Source of the DNA: a virus
Lineage: Duplodnaviria; Caudoviricetes
Strand: one strand, 5' to 3'
Length of the DNA: 57,670 nucleotides
Virus record (IMG/VR): IMGVR_UViG_3300030330_001991
Coordinates: 1-57,670 of that record
In this document: piece after piece, positions 31,701 to 39,533 of the stretch
Position numbering within the stretch: position 1 is the first letter of the stretch
Layout: each line of letters begins with the position of its first letter
Position numbers and translations under genes: made by a program
The notes under the pieces: model-generated
Told to the model about the DNA's origin: nothing
The model's database searches: none
What the model saw: only the letters and a program-made list of their open reading frames with translations

Positions 31701-33130
31701 TAAACTTTGTTAATTGGTCTGACAATAACCCAGCTAAGGCAGCTGCTGCGTTTGCTAATCAACCACAGTATTGGAAGGATTTTGCATTTTTATTTAACTC
31801 TGATTATTTAAAACAAAGACGTTCTGGTAATCAAAGAGGTATAAACGAAGCTGAACTTTCAGCTGCTGTTGCTGGAGCTGAAAACAAGGCTAAAGCAGCT
31901 ATAGCTTGGTTGCTTAAAAAAGGTTTTTTACCTACTCAATTAGCAGATAGTTTTGCTATTGCAGCTGGTGGTGCTACTTTTTATAGAAACAGAATTAAAA
32001 AGTATTTAAAAGAAGGCATGACGCAAGAACAAGCTGAAAAACAAGCTTTTTTAGATTTCCAAGAAACATCAGAAGTAGCTCAGCAGTCAGCTAGACCTGA
32101 CATGATATCTCAACAACAAGCATCTCCATTAGGTAGGTTAATATTATCTTTCCAAAACACACCTATGCAGTACGCTAGAATAATAAATAAGGCAGCTAGA
32201 GACTTAGCAAATGGTAGAGGTGATTTTAAAACACATGTCTCTAAGATAGTTTATTATGGTGTTGCTCAAGGAATATTATTTGGAGCTTTACAGTCAGCAT
32301 TGTTCGCGGTGATAGGAGACGAAGAAGAAGAAGAATACGATAAAAAGAAAGAAAGAATATTAAATCAAATGCTTGATTCTTTGTTGTCAGGTATAGGTTA
32401 TGGTGGTAAAGCTATAAGTACAGTTAAGAACACTATACAAGAGTATATGAAACAACAAAGTAAAGAGTGGGGAGCTGATCACACTTATACAATACTATCT
32501 TTGCTTGGTTTTTCTCCACCTATTGGTTCTAAGTTACGTAAGATATACTCTTCAATACAAACACAAAAATACAACAAAGGTGTAAGTGAAAAACGAGGTT
32601 TTACATTAGACAATCCAACGTGGAATGTTATAGGTAATGTTATAGAAGGCTTTACAAACATACCTCTTGGAAGGCTTGCTAACAAAATGCTTAACATAGA
32701 TAACGCTTTAGACTCTAATCATGAATGGTGGCAAAGAGCGGCTTTACTTTTAGGTTGGAACACTTGGGATTTAGGCATTAAAGATCCAGATATAATACAA
32801 GCAAAAGAAGAGGTAAAAGAAGAGAAGAGAGAAAAGAAAAAGCAAGAAAATAAAATAAAAAAAGAAAAGAAAAAACAAGAAGAAGAAAGAAAAAACCAAG
32901 CTGAGATAAATAAAAACAAAAGTAAAAATGATGGTAGATGCGCGGCTATAAATAGACATGGTGAAAGATGTAAAAATAAAGCTATTAACGGAGGTTTTTG
33001 TACTATTCACGAGAAAAAGGAAAAAAGAAGTGATGGTGTAAAACTTCAATGTAAAAAAATTAAATCAGATGGTAAACGTTGTAAAATGAAAACATCAAAC
33101 AAATCTGGTTTATGTTACTACCATGATTAG
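22784..33130 (+). CDS. Giant polyvalent internal-virion protein (HExxH protease, sigma region-2-like module, HAD phosphatase, CCCH fingers)
   Basis: 3448 aa. HEIMH at 27194-27208; DFDDT (30353-30367)...TARP...FADD HAD motifs; two C-x9-C-x9/10-C-x2-H units at the C-terminus; third and largest gene of the ejection-type cluster. Confidence 0.7.
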   Translation: MPDIKEVIDMMVAAGKTDADIISVIEKYNAKQAKARAVEQAKLAEQQRLREEGTDDPSAPNAGGSWGRANQETGEVVSNIDINDPDLPPGYYFYDDGEERFAEDGSMIRFDFQYDGEDRSGFDLIYNKESVTKEKERIRKQEIFEEEKYDAMVAAGDNWTENAEQKWLRENYPEKAEKTNSEIVSQTRNNADGYHFRSGEAETIKFLKQDFGKNSKFYKETGLEFSFSHGFTGGSGKFSYDDDYIIVTAPNGKEKKFETDFDRESGKGLKQWNDFKKWAAENAYKDEGMTTKTGNKVNISDATKMNEEDFIKEFNHSGAIITSSEDAVPGFSAVTVKLPGAGPNGTTKELKISLQPWTHSGEMEARDQILELQAYQNKTKKNKNAPLLEALTTDDEALYYTTGDFGQLSNEQINAMKSANITVSKTGKTQGVDVDSFWNISFDGKRDAVEYTFKQNGKNVYTGTVYGFRDFVASGNISLKPEEIDALKTKILGYENEVKKSAKNISDKKIAALTKDDVLDNYYDKKLITDIVANSNIPEDDLNNALQDYFMQITKAGKRPTISDKKKRIADFSAIDFLEYYHGWLTVRATSTGGTGEYAISGDMYEAPTETKEEFVRKYNADIEKAWSSIYKEPVVNEEGDIISQGLDVTLANHRLTMNDNIRKSDIRAELENDTGLRTIVSSSRLMQRQDLEEKTKQQEELVKSYTRKLENEKFKIEYELNSIVDSAQKEGVTSVKYIDNGNGVDGYYLVEAQDENIRKKYQAKFDNALKRSRAISSQWEEERKDLVLESDELDALLNEFQGDEYVTKASSMEYNLREVLAQDVMHSFENLFLDVPVLFGSDSALRRKNNNIQSSQLYLPDKGTYSDAWDEGNFGTYALRTVAQQSAPVVTAIAGSYGATAILGATRGATIATNAIPAFYGVTAAGGKRGEIETANERAIQATKDIEILEKNKDLIDPDVYKESMAALRAVEADGNINGWKKWLTIVGSGIIEGTVTRYLGTLPNSLKLVKDFTSPLDDIIMAGARNGWQNAGHAALRLGGRTLSEVAEEVTIAGGTMGLEALTLGKDFEWDTLDDVAIDAIMVAGPMNGTGVMYSSVLQHYASRPMFEKNMSIKRELQRNKDELGKTNDKRKRAMLMEEREGLINQMYALSSEMELMAMQNGGKRNADLMRVGNELRELDKQAGVDPTLSPDSKEKMLADYITKLESENPSKAKKFKEQYDSALKFKEKLLSNIDFDTVIEEVYGPEGARIKARLIKQNPSLRKLDNKEMAIAVHEEFKRQNQQKIVQATRTAYDGKILEAVEKQVYNGKTFKESGRKNRNRKAEDEILAVYGQQLGIQSTNTGIIINRDQSINARSVLSDKRLQDIQSVQATTDEQLQETLLQFQDNILAQEIERINRSKLTENQKRDEIDKIQADINQESEMLLDELRMGETNAVILRNGKYIVRDKKAADAALKDGNLLAGTALSHEIMHAIDQKVFDGLGDMTSYAVNLFDYMQKNIPEVHQNALNLQRAIGNFNPDVSMAEQSSLFWDEYTKSVQDFLSRPKYSADVRRILQRGQSTRNKLRAMFGGDYKINNSTDAAVYLAGYIDAFKRGELGSFQKRKIDALAKKEKKAKLKEARKSANIKSPILYKQANALGKKVNDLYATKDSNPDFAFDIAKLYEPMLGRYLTRIEDKGAILGKQDETGRVSQDERSKNITDFKMNGMYGERGIVDLIDKFNPDEMVDVVDPSTGETVQEANTLSRYLNGTFPQRISEFTKNTTIDFQGFKVDMSKAENVLTTETEDSTNDILTPEVQDQLNTPFLNNIELTKEQVKAAREIITSVVGRKLPALDANVSKNKSVSPLIAALKKEFGIKNGPLHRMIQSVIGSSKAEVEAYLKSPRNKNAILQTLTTTWLSRNLPMAVEKYVNGIGYTTDHVGRKKGTKDGDIQAWKASEEGPYKGMTDGKQKIRRNPNANKDVSNAMLLSNFAKGDKMTDIRRAGLEKLELALAQEFGMEIFKADMINDGPLKELFVGRQDLFNRVLADNFVEEFVRQTERGVTKRSKNPSFFTPINADDKNALAVVEAEGYSLIADIIKNFDKKREFGGADAVLGLYPIETIEWFLDAGGFDLFDSNVENGFVVPTKSMNWGIFDKQKQVYLNNGTQSKVMKDAMRDVGSSMIDILPPQVLKGLSKEFFGLVSSRLLDGAVKEDGSVGPYYDLRVKFEQAQAKPNTKVKLPFDPTKLELLNSSSGLMKSISNILNKDISRAEKLEQLKKLQPRIDAANANNKLFLKYFFSEAAKMLVKNPQNAVGLASLLQGATNNVKGFRAFTDLGMIKVLDGSQAPFVKPNGTYTTVKPNETNGHKVNKKHPDYKRAMKEANNNEKVAGDILGYKGEHIDPSANVMQKLLRSTFELAELINNNPTKAEKAIMEHQKKFDDILLNFDQSLGTKVDSDLQDARLTSTSNIGYFRNIVIESELKNYINAKNGETVQSLVKEKGMAMLNMAPIEEVLKAERIDDAVTMARRSANPSKGITILDFDDTLATSKSEVISTSPDGVVRKLTAEEFANEGAELLEQGWKHDFSEFNKVIGGKVARLFNKALKLQSKFGPENMFVLTARPPASQNSIFEFLKANGLNIPLKNITGLGNSTSEAKALWVADKVAEGYNDFYFADDALQNVQAVQNMLDQFDVKSKVQQAKRSVDPSKVFNDIIEMTTGIESEKQFSDAQAKIRGHKTKYKSIIPASAQDFMGLLYNFIGKGKVGETQMQFLKEKLVDPFARGINDLNSSKQTSANDYKNLLKQFPDVKKKLNKKIEGTEFNNDQAVRVYLWNRAGFEVPGLSKRDLNMLTSVVNNDSQLKSFAEGVGAISKKENGYSQPGDFWLAENITSDLLSDGAIGDARSEHLAEWIENKNIIFSPENMNKIEAIYGSKFREALEDMLYRMETGRNRPMGGGRLMNMYMNWVNNSVGAIMFFNMRSALLQTISAINFVNWSDNNPAKAAAAFANQPQYWKDFAFLFNSDYLKQRRSGNQRGINEAELSAAVAGAENKAKAAIAWLLKKGFLPTQLADSFAIAAGGATFYRNRIKKYLKEGMTQEQAEKQAFLDFQETSEVAQQSARPDMISQQQASPLGRLILSFQNTPMQYARIINKAARDLANGRGDFKTHVSKIVYYGVAQGILFGALQSALFAVIGDEEEEEYDKKKERILNQMLDSLLSGIGYGGKAISTVKNTIQEYMKQQSKEWGADHTYTILSLLGFSPPIGSKLRKIYSSIQTQKYNKGVSEKRGFTLDNPTWNVIGNVIEGFTNIPLGRLANKMLNIDNALDSNHEWWQRAALLLGWNTWDLGIKDPDIIQAKEEVKEEKREKKKQENKIKKEKKKQEEERKNQAEINKNKSKNDGRCAAINRHGERCKNKAINGGFCTIHEKKEKRSDGVKLQCKKIKSDGKRCKMKTSNKSGLCYYHD

Positions 33131-33159
33131 GTAAAGAATTAAAAAAATAAGTGATAATA
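33131..33159 (+). promoter_or_regulatory. Class II phage promoter candidate GTAAA-N15-GTGATAATA
   Basis: Matches the copies at 19862 and 49005 with identical spacing; ends 5 nt before the ATG at 33165. Confidence 0.6.
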
Positions 33160-33164
33160 ACAAA

Positions 33165-34262
33165 ATGGTGAGAAAAATATTATTTATATTATTAGCAATA
33201 ACTTTATTAGCTTGTGCAGCTCCAAAAAAATGTTGTGCTCAAGAAGGTAAAATAGACGTTAAAAGACTTTTAAAGTTCTCTACGTTTTATGCTGCTGTAA
33301 ATGGCGGTACTTCATTATCTGATGTTAAGGTATTTTCTGTAGACAACGGTTTATCTACTCAAACTATCTCAACTCCTTACGATTATAATTTTACCATTGG
33401 ACTTCGTAAAATAGCAAGATTTGGGTATGAGAATAAAGCGCAGACTTTTTACGATGGTACTGAGTCTAATTACAGTGACGCGGCAACTGTTGGTAAAGTT
33501 AGAGGGGTTGAGTATTTATTTGAAGTAGATTATAAAAGACAGGAAGGTGTTAACTACATGGATCAACATCATTTTATTAGATTTAGCTCTGATGATGGTT
33601 GTCCAGACGAATTATGTGTAAACTTTTTTGCTTTAAAATTTGAATATCTAGAAGATGGTTTTGCAGATATAAAATATTTTGAAGCATCAGAGAGATACAG
33701 ACATCGTAAAAATGCCAACTTATCTTGGAATATAGGACTAACACATAGGCTTGCAGAACCATACGGTTACAATGCTTTAGATGAATGGATGTTATCTAAT
33801 GGTAATATACATTATACTTATTTAGCTTTACAAGAGGGTTACAACGTAGATGTTGCTAACAGTGAGTACAAAGACCCTAGCGGAAATATAGTTGCAACTA
33901 GCGCAGAAGTTTGGGAAGCCGTAGTAATACCACAAGTTTTATCTGACTACACTCAGAAAAAAAGAAATGAATTAGACAAAATTATACAACACTCTTTAGT
34001 TGTTGGTTTTGATTACTACAAATACAGTAAGTCTAATTGGTTGCACGCTTGGGGGAGTTTGATGCCATATCATTATGATGACGGTAGTGAATTTAGTTAT
34101 CACAATTACGTAGACGGTCAATGGTATGATTATTCTTTTGGCTTAATATATGGTATAAAGCAAAATAAAAACTTAGGATATTTTGTAGAGGGTAAATATA
34201 ATAAATACTGGAATCGTGAGTGGTACGATTTTAAAATAGGAATGAATTACACAATTTTTTAA
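33165..34262 (+). CDS. Secreted outer-membrane beta-barrel-like protein
   Basis: N-terminal signal peptide (possible LLAC lipobox), Tyr/Trp-rich alternating strands, C-terminal beta-signal-like FKIGMNYTIF. Confidence 0.6.
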   Translation: MVRKILFILLAITLLACAAPKKCCAQEGKIDVKRLLKFSTFYAAVNGGTSLSDVKVFSVDNGLSTQTISTPYDYNFTIGLRKIARFGYENKAQTFYDGTESNYSDAATVGKVRGVEYLFEVDYKRQEGVNYMDQHHFIRFSSDDGCPDELCVNFFALKFEYLEDGFADIKYFEASERYRHRKNANLSWNIGLTHRLAEPYGYNALDEWMLSNGNIHYTYLALQEGYNVDVANSEYKDPSGNIVATSAEVWEAVVIPQVLSDYTQKKRNELDKIIQHSLVVGFDYYKYSKSNWLHAWGSLMPYHYDDGSEFSYHNYVDGQWYDYSFGLIYGIKQNKNLGYFVEGKYNKYWNREWYDFKIGMNYTIF

Positions 34263-34263
34263 A

Positions 34264-34545
34264 ATGGCAAAAGAATTAAATGAAGATACAAGTTTTAAAA
34301 TAAGTATTAAAACTTTAATTGGTATAGGTTTTGGTATAGCTACAATTGTTGGTATGTGGTTTGCTTTACAAGCAGATATTGCTGAAGCAAAAGAATTACC
34401 AGCACCACCAGATCCAGAAGTAACACGCATGGAGTTTGATATGAAAGATCAAATGATACGTAATACTATTATGGACACACAAAAAGATGTAGAAGAAATA
34501 AAAGTTACATTGGAAAAAATAGAAGACAAACTATACAATAGATAA
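34264..34545 (+). CDS. Single-pass membrane protein with C-terminal coiled coil
   Basis: Hydrophobic LIGIGFGIATIVGMWFAL segment followed by a heptad-like tail. Confidence 0.6.
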   Translation: MAKELNEDTSFKISIKTLIGIGFGIATIVGMWFALQADIAEAKELPAPPDPEVTRMEFDMKDQMIRNTIMDTQKDVEEIKVTLEKIEDKLYNR

Positions 34546-34551
34546 AATTAA

Positions 34552-34917
34552 ATGGAAAACGAGTATAATGTTGATTGGAGAGTTTATATTATGTATGTGC
34601 TTATTATGGTTTTTGTATTTATCAGTAGCACAGCATTCGGACAAATAACAGCAACACACTTTAACGCAGGATGGAACAACGCTAATGGATGCAAGTGGTT
34701 TATGGAGTTAAAAGACTGTAAAACACTTGGCACTGTTGATGTTGCTAAAAATCCTAAAGAAGCAAAAAAACACAAAATAGCAGTTGTACCAACTATAATA
34801 ATATTTAAAGACGGAGAAGAAGTTGCTAGGTTTCAAGCAGATCTTAGTTTTAAAATGGTAGCAACTAAAGAGGAGGTACAAGAAGAGATTAATAATATAA
34901 TAATGAGTGATTTTTAA
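34552..34917 (+). CDS. Thioredoxin-fold protein lacking CxxC, with signal/TM segment
   Basis: FNAGWN...DVAKNPKEAKKHKIAVVPTIIIFKDGEEVARF resembles the thioredoxin C-terminal half with the cis-Pro motif. Confidence 0.65.
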   Translation: MENEYNVDWRVYIMYVLIMVFVFISSTAFGQITATHFNAGWNNANGCKWFMELKDCKTLGTVDVAKNPKEAKKHKIAVVPTIIIFKDGEEVARFQADLSFKMVATKEEVQEEINNIIMSDF

Positions 34918-34919
34918 TT

Positions 34920-35189
34920 ATGACATATCAAGTAGACAAATCAAGTCCATTTACAAAAACGGCACCGGGTAAAAAGTTTTCTATTAAATCAGGAAATAGA
35001 ACTATTAGTTATGGAGAAAAAGGATACACTATAGGTAAATGCGGAACTCCTAAAGCACATAGTTATTGTGCTAGATCATCTGGTATTAAGAAATGTAAAA
35101 ACCCACCTTGTGCAAACACGTTATCAAGAAGAAAATGGTGTTGCCAAGGTAAAAGAAGTGTGTGTAGCGCTTGTAGCAAAAAAAGTTAA
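34920..35189 (+). CDS. Small basic Cys-rich phage protein
   Basis: 89 aa with SYCARS...SRRKWCC motif. Confidence 0.6.
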   Translation: MTYQVDKSSPFTKTAPGKKFSIKSGNRTISYGEKGYTIGKCGTPKAHSYCARSSGIKKCKNPPCANTLSRRKWCCQGKRSVCSACSKKS

Positions 35190-35191
35190 AT

Positions 35192-35425
35192 ATGTGGAAA
35201 ATATTTAAAGATAAAAATGATATAAACGAAAAAAATGTAGTTGGTTTTATATCTTTTGCCATTATGGTTTTGTTTGCTATTATAGACCTAGGCACAGCTG
35301 TTATATACATGGGCTACGTTGGAGGTGGTGAGTTAGAAATTAACGATACTATATATAACTCTTTTGTTATGGTAACATTAGGTTGTTTTGGTATCAGTGC
35401 ATTTGAAAAAGTTAAAAAACAATGA
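35192..35425 (+). CDS. Small two-TM membrane protein (holin-like)
   Basis: 77 aa, two hydrophobic segments, basic C-terminus. Confidence 0.5.
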   Translation: MWKIFKDKNDINEKNVVGFISFAIMVLFAIIDLGTAVIYMGYVGGGELEINDTIYNSFVMVTLGCFGISAFEKVKKQ

Positions 35426-37725
35426 AAAAAATATTATTTATTTTATTATTACCAATATTAACATTTGGGCAAAACTGTATACCAAGTTTAACAGTTAAAG
35501 ACACATGTATGTATGGTTATGCTAGGACGTGGTTAGAGTGGAACTCGCTAGATAGTGGTTGTGCAATAACCAAAATACACAGAGGCACACCTTATAATAA
35601 TTACGTTTGGAATTGGAATAGTTCAGATACTAATTACATGTTTATTAATAATTATAGTCCTGGTGATCCTTTTGCTAGTTCTGACGGCTTTTGGGTAATG
35701 TTTGAAATGTCTGACAGTACTTTTACTGATACCATTTTTGCAAATAACTTTGTTTGTATTGAAGGTTGCATGGATCCAGCTTATGATAATTACAACCCAT
35801 TAGCTAATATACCTGACGTTTGCTTGGCAATACCTCCACCGCAAGATGATTGTTTAGATACTACAAAAACATCTATAACTTTAGAAATAACACCTGATAC
35901 TTACGAAGGAGAAACATCTATTGATATTATAAATCAAGATGATAGTGTTTTATTTAATTTACCTCAAGGGTTTTTTAACAGTGTTGGTACTGGTAATGTT
36001 TATACTAACACTATATGTGTACCTATAAATGACACAATAAGATTTATTATATATGACTCGTATGGCGATGGAATATGTGGTAGTTGTTTTGGTGGCGTAG
36101 ATGGTAAAGTATTAATAACTGACGAGTGTGGTGATACTATATATGGTTTATTACCAGGTGATAACTTAAACTTTGGGCACAGTGACACTTCAGATACATT
36201 TTTAATGAAAGACTGTAGTTGGATACCTGTTGTTGGTTGTCCTAACCCAGGTTATTTAGAATTTAATCCAGCTGCCGATATAATGGATGCTTCTACATGT
36301 TTAACACCAAGAGTTGTTGGTTGTATGGATAGTACTATGTTTGATTTTGATCCTAGTGCTAACACGCCATTAATGGAAGATACTTGTGGTTATGTGTTAG
36401 AACTTACAGATGGTGGTGGTGACGGTTGGTTAGGTGCTTACGTTGTGGTAAATCAACTGGGTAATTCATATGGTCCTTACACTAATATAAGTTCTTTTGT
36501 TGAAACTATAAACTTAGAACTAAAATCAAACCACCCTGTTACAATTAGAGCTTACTCACAAACAAGCTCTGATGCTACAATAGATCAAATAGGTTTTAAA
36601 TTAATAAATCCAGAAGGTGAAATTATAGCTTCAGGTGGTACAAACCCTTGGAGCGATAGAATAATGTTATTTCCAGACAAATATATAGCTTTACCAAACT
36701 GTCCTACTATATGTACACCTTATGTTTACGGTTGCATGGACATTACAGCTTACAACTACAATAATAATGCAAATACTAGTGATGGTAGTTGTTATTACGC
36801 TCCTGGTTGTACAGATCCACAATTTTTACAATATTATACACAAGGTTTTACCGCTGATTATAATGACGGTTCTTGTGTGACAGAAGCAATATGGGGTTGT
36901 ACAGACTCACTAGCTTTTAATTATGATTCTACGGCTAATTTAGATAACGGTGGTTGTGTACCTGTTATATATGGTTGTATGCAACCATTAGCATTTAATT
37001 ATAATGCTAGCGCAAACGTTGATGATGGTAGTTGTGTTCCATTTATTTATGGCTGTACTGATCCTACTATGTTTAATTTCGACGCTAACGCAAACACAGA
37101 TGACGGTAGTTGTATTCCTTACGTTTTCGGGTGTACAGACTCAACAATGTTTAATTATAATCCTTTAGCAAATAGTGACAATAATTCTTGTATACCTTAC
37201 ATATATGGCTGCACGGATCCTTCTATGCTTAACTATAACCCACAAGCAAATACGGAGGATTTTAGTTGTATTGCTTTTGTTTATGGGTGTATGGATAGTT
37301 TGGCCCTTAATTACGATCCACTTGCTAACACGGATAACGGTTCGTGTATCGAAATCATTATGGGTTGCATGGATCCAAACGCGTATAACTACGAATCAAC
37401 TGCTAATGTTAACGATACTTTATCTTGTTTATATGATGCTGGTTGTATTACTGGTCCAGGAAGTCCTTACTGGCTCAACGACCCTTGTTATGCTTGGGTC
37501 ATAGAGGTAGATGAATATTGTTGTGAAAATGAATGGGATACAATATGTCAAGCAACATATGATTATTGTTTAAATGGATGGAGCGGTCCTTTACAAAGCA
37601 GATATGTAGAGAAAAAATTAATAGCGGTAACAGATTTATTGGGAAGACCTTCTAAAATAGTTAAAAACCAAGTTTTAATTTATATATATAGTGACGGTAC
37701 AGTTCATAGAAAATTAATAAAATAA
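35422..37725 (+). CDS. Secreted GCTD-repeat protein with T9SS-like C-terminal domain
   Basis: Signal peptide MKKILFILLLPILTFGQ, about 12 GC(T/M)D repeats, DSYGDG and DGGGDGW motifs, C-terminus KLIAVTDLLGR...YIYSDGTVHRKLIK. Confidence 0.7.
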   Translation: MKKILFILLLPILTFGQNCIPSLTVKDTCMYGYARTWLEWNSLDSGCAITKIHRGTPYNNYVWNWNSSDTNYMFINNYSPGDPFASSDGFWVMFEMSDSTFTDTIFANNFVCIEGCMDPAYDNYNPLANIPDVCLAIPPPQDDCLDTTKTSITLEITPDTYEGETSIDIINQDDSVLFNLPQGFFNSVGTGNVYTNTICVPINDTIRFIIYDSYGDGICGSCFGGVDGKVLITDECGDTIYGLLPGDNLNFGHSDTSDTFLMKDCSWIPVVGCPNPGYLEFNPAADIMDASTCLTPRVVGCMDSTMFDFDPSANTPLMEDTCGYVLELTDGGGDGWLGAYVVVNQLGNSYGPYTNISSFVETINLELKSNHPVTIRAYSQTSSDATIDQIGFKLINPEGEIIASGGTNPWSDRIMLFPDKYIALPNCPTICTPYVYGCMDITAYNYNNNANTSDGSCYYAPGCTDPQFLQYYTQGFTADYNDGSCVTEAIWGCTDSLAFNYDSTANLDNGGCVPVIYGCMQPLAFNYNASANVDDGSCVPFIYGCTDPTMFNFDANANTDDGSCIPYVFGCTDSTMFNYNPLANSDNNSCIPYIYGCTDPSMLNYNPQANTEDFSCIAFVYGCMDSLALNYDPLANTDNGSCIEIIMGCMDPNAYNYESTANVNDTLSCLYDAGCITGPGSPYWLNDPCYAWVIEVDEYCCENEWDTICQATYDYCLNGWSGPLQSRYVEKKLIAVTDLLGRPSKIVKNQVLIYIYSDGTVHRKLIK
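36730..37428 (+). repeat. Nine tandem coding GC(T/M)D..NY..AN.D.GSC repeats (~26 aa)
   Basis: Read directly from the translation. Confidence 0.9.
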
Positions 37726-39050
37726 TGAAGTGGTTTGGTAATCATATATGGGACTTTATTTCTAGATTTAGAAATGATGTGTATTTAGAAGATGTTGATA
37801 CTGGCACAATCGCTAGTGGTGGTAATCTTGGTTTAGATTCAAACAACAAGATTGTAAAAAATACAGTAAGCGGTGGGGGTGACTTTACATTAACAGCTGA
37901 TAGTGGTAGTAACCAAAGTATATCTACGGGTAATACTATGGATATAGCAGGTGGTAATGCTATTAGTACTGTTGTTGGTGCTACTGATACAGTTACTATT
38001 AACCACGACGATACATCATCCCAAGAAAGTGTAAACAACTCTGGTTCTGCTGTTATTCAAGATATAACACTAGATACTTATGGTCACGTAACAGGATTAG
38101 GTTCAAAAACTATAGGTAAATCAGATGTTGGATTAGGTAATGTTACTGATATAAGTCAAGAAGATTTAACTTCAGCCATACTTACTGCTGTAGCTAAATC
38201 AGACGTAGGTTTAACATCCGTTGAAGATAAATCATCGGCTGATATTAGAAGTGAGATTGTAGAATCAGATATACCTGCTTTAGCTACAAGTAAAATTACT
38301 AGTGGTACTTTTGATGACGCGCGAATACCTAACTTAAATGCGAGTAAAATAACAGCTGGAACTTTATCAGTAAGTAGAGGTGGAACAGGAGCAACTAGTG
38401 CAGCTGATTCGTTTAATGCTTTAAAACAAAGCGCAACTGAAGGTGCTACTGGAGTTGTTGAGTTAGCTACTACGGATGAGGCTGACACAGGCACGGATAC
38501 AGCTAGAGCGGTAACACCTGCTGGTTTAAAATCTCATGTTAACGCTAGGTTTACATATCAATATATTTCTTTTACTGGTAACGCTCAAATAGACACAAAC
38601 TGGGCAACACCTGGTACAAATGGTCCTTTTACTCATAATTACAACACCGACACAGGTGTTAACGGTACTTCAGTTGGTTCAACTACCCATAATTTTGCTA
38701 GATCAAAACAAAACGGTTTTATTGTACCATATGACAACGCTGTTTTAGTAGGTTTTTATGGTATGATTAGAAACAATACCGCTAATAATCAAGGAGCTTT
38801 AGGTTTGTTTCATTCTACATACGCAACATTTGGTGCTAGACAAAATACATCAACGTTTACGCTTCAAGCTTATGCCGCTGCAGACACAACAGGTGGTGCT
38901 GGTTCAAGTTATCAAGGTCAATGTAAAGCTATTGATTTAGCTAGAAGTTTAGATTTAACAGCTGGTGATATAATAATACCAGCTATAATGCAAGCGAGTG
39001 AAAAAGCTTACGCTCAATTTACTATAGTAATTAAAACACCAATAATATAA
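37725..39050 (+). CDS. Tail fibre-like protein
   Basis: KSDVGLGNV repeats, ASKITSGT/AGT repeats, RGGTGATSA and GVVELAT..E...G....RAVTP fibre motifs. Confidence 0.75.
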   Translation: MKWFGNHIWDFISRFRNDVYLEDVDTGTIASGGNLGLDSNNKIVKNTVSGGGDFTLTADSGSNQSISTGNTMDIAGGNAISTVVGATDTVTINHDDTSSQESVNNSGSAVIQDITLDTYGHVTGLGSKTIGKSDVGLGNVTDISQEDLTSAILTAVAKSDVGLTSVEDKSSADIRSEIVESDIPALATSKITSGTFDDARIPNLNASKITAGTLSVSRGGTGATSAADSFNALKQSATEGATGVVELATTDEADTGTDTARAVTPAGLKSHVNARFTYQYISFTGNAQIDTNWATPGTNGPFTHNYNTDTGVNGTSVGSTTHNFARSKQNGFIVPYDNAVLVGFYGMIRNNTANNQGALGLFHSTYATFGARQNTSTFTLQAYAAADTTGGAGSSYQGQCKAIDLARSLDLTAGDIIIPAIMQASEKAYAQFTIVIKTPII

Positions 39051-39232
39051 TGTCTGATATAAAAACTATAACACAAGAATTGTCCGATGCTAGCTTAGAT
39101 TTAACTAATGCTATTAATCATATTAATGAAAATTTAGACGGTATAGCTGACTATGATAGCCATGATGAAATAAAGGCAATATTAGTAAAAATATTAGAAA
39201 AATTAGATGAGGTTATAAATAAAATAAATTAA
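39050..39232 (+). CDS. Small coiled-coil hypothetical protein
   Basis: 60-aa ORF translationally coupled to the fibre gene. Confidence 0.55.
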   Translation: MSDIKTITQELSDASLDLTNAINHINENLDGIADYDSHDEIKAILVKILEKLDEVINKIN

Positions 39233-39242
39233 CCAAAATAAA

Positions 39243-39533
39243 ATGGCAAACTTTACAAATGTAACATCAGCAACAACAACTACTTTAAATGCTATTGGAG
39301 TTGGTAATGGTAGCTATAAGCTAAAAATTACTAACAATCTAGCAGCTAACCAAACGGTTACAGTACAGCTTGTTGACTCTGATTCTAACATATTTTATGT
39401 TATTAAAAATTTAGTAATGCCAGAAGCAACTTCTGTTGTTATAGATGATATGATGTACGACGCTACGTTTTATTCAGCACAGGTAGTAACAACAGGCACA
39501 ACAAATATAACAATAACACAAATATATATATGA
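39243..39533 (+). CDS. Hypothetical beta-rich (possibly virion) protein
   Basis: 96 aa, Thr-rich. Confidence 0.5.
   Translation: MANFTNVTSATTTTLNAIGVGNGSYKLKITNNLAANQTVTVQLVDSDSNIFYVIKNLVMPEATSVVIDDMMYDATFYSAQVVTTGTTNITITQIYI

Noticed and set aside
22784-33130. Virion RNA polymerase (crAss- or N4-like) in the giant protein
   Set aside because: I found no DxDGD/DFDID-type catalytic motif. DFDDT comes with TAR and DD motifs, which indicates a HAD domain.
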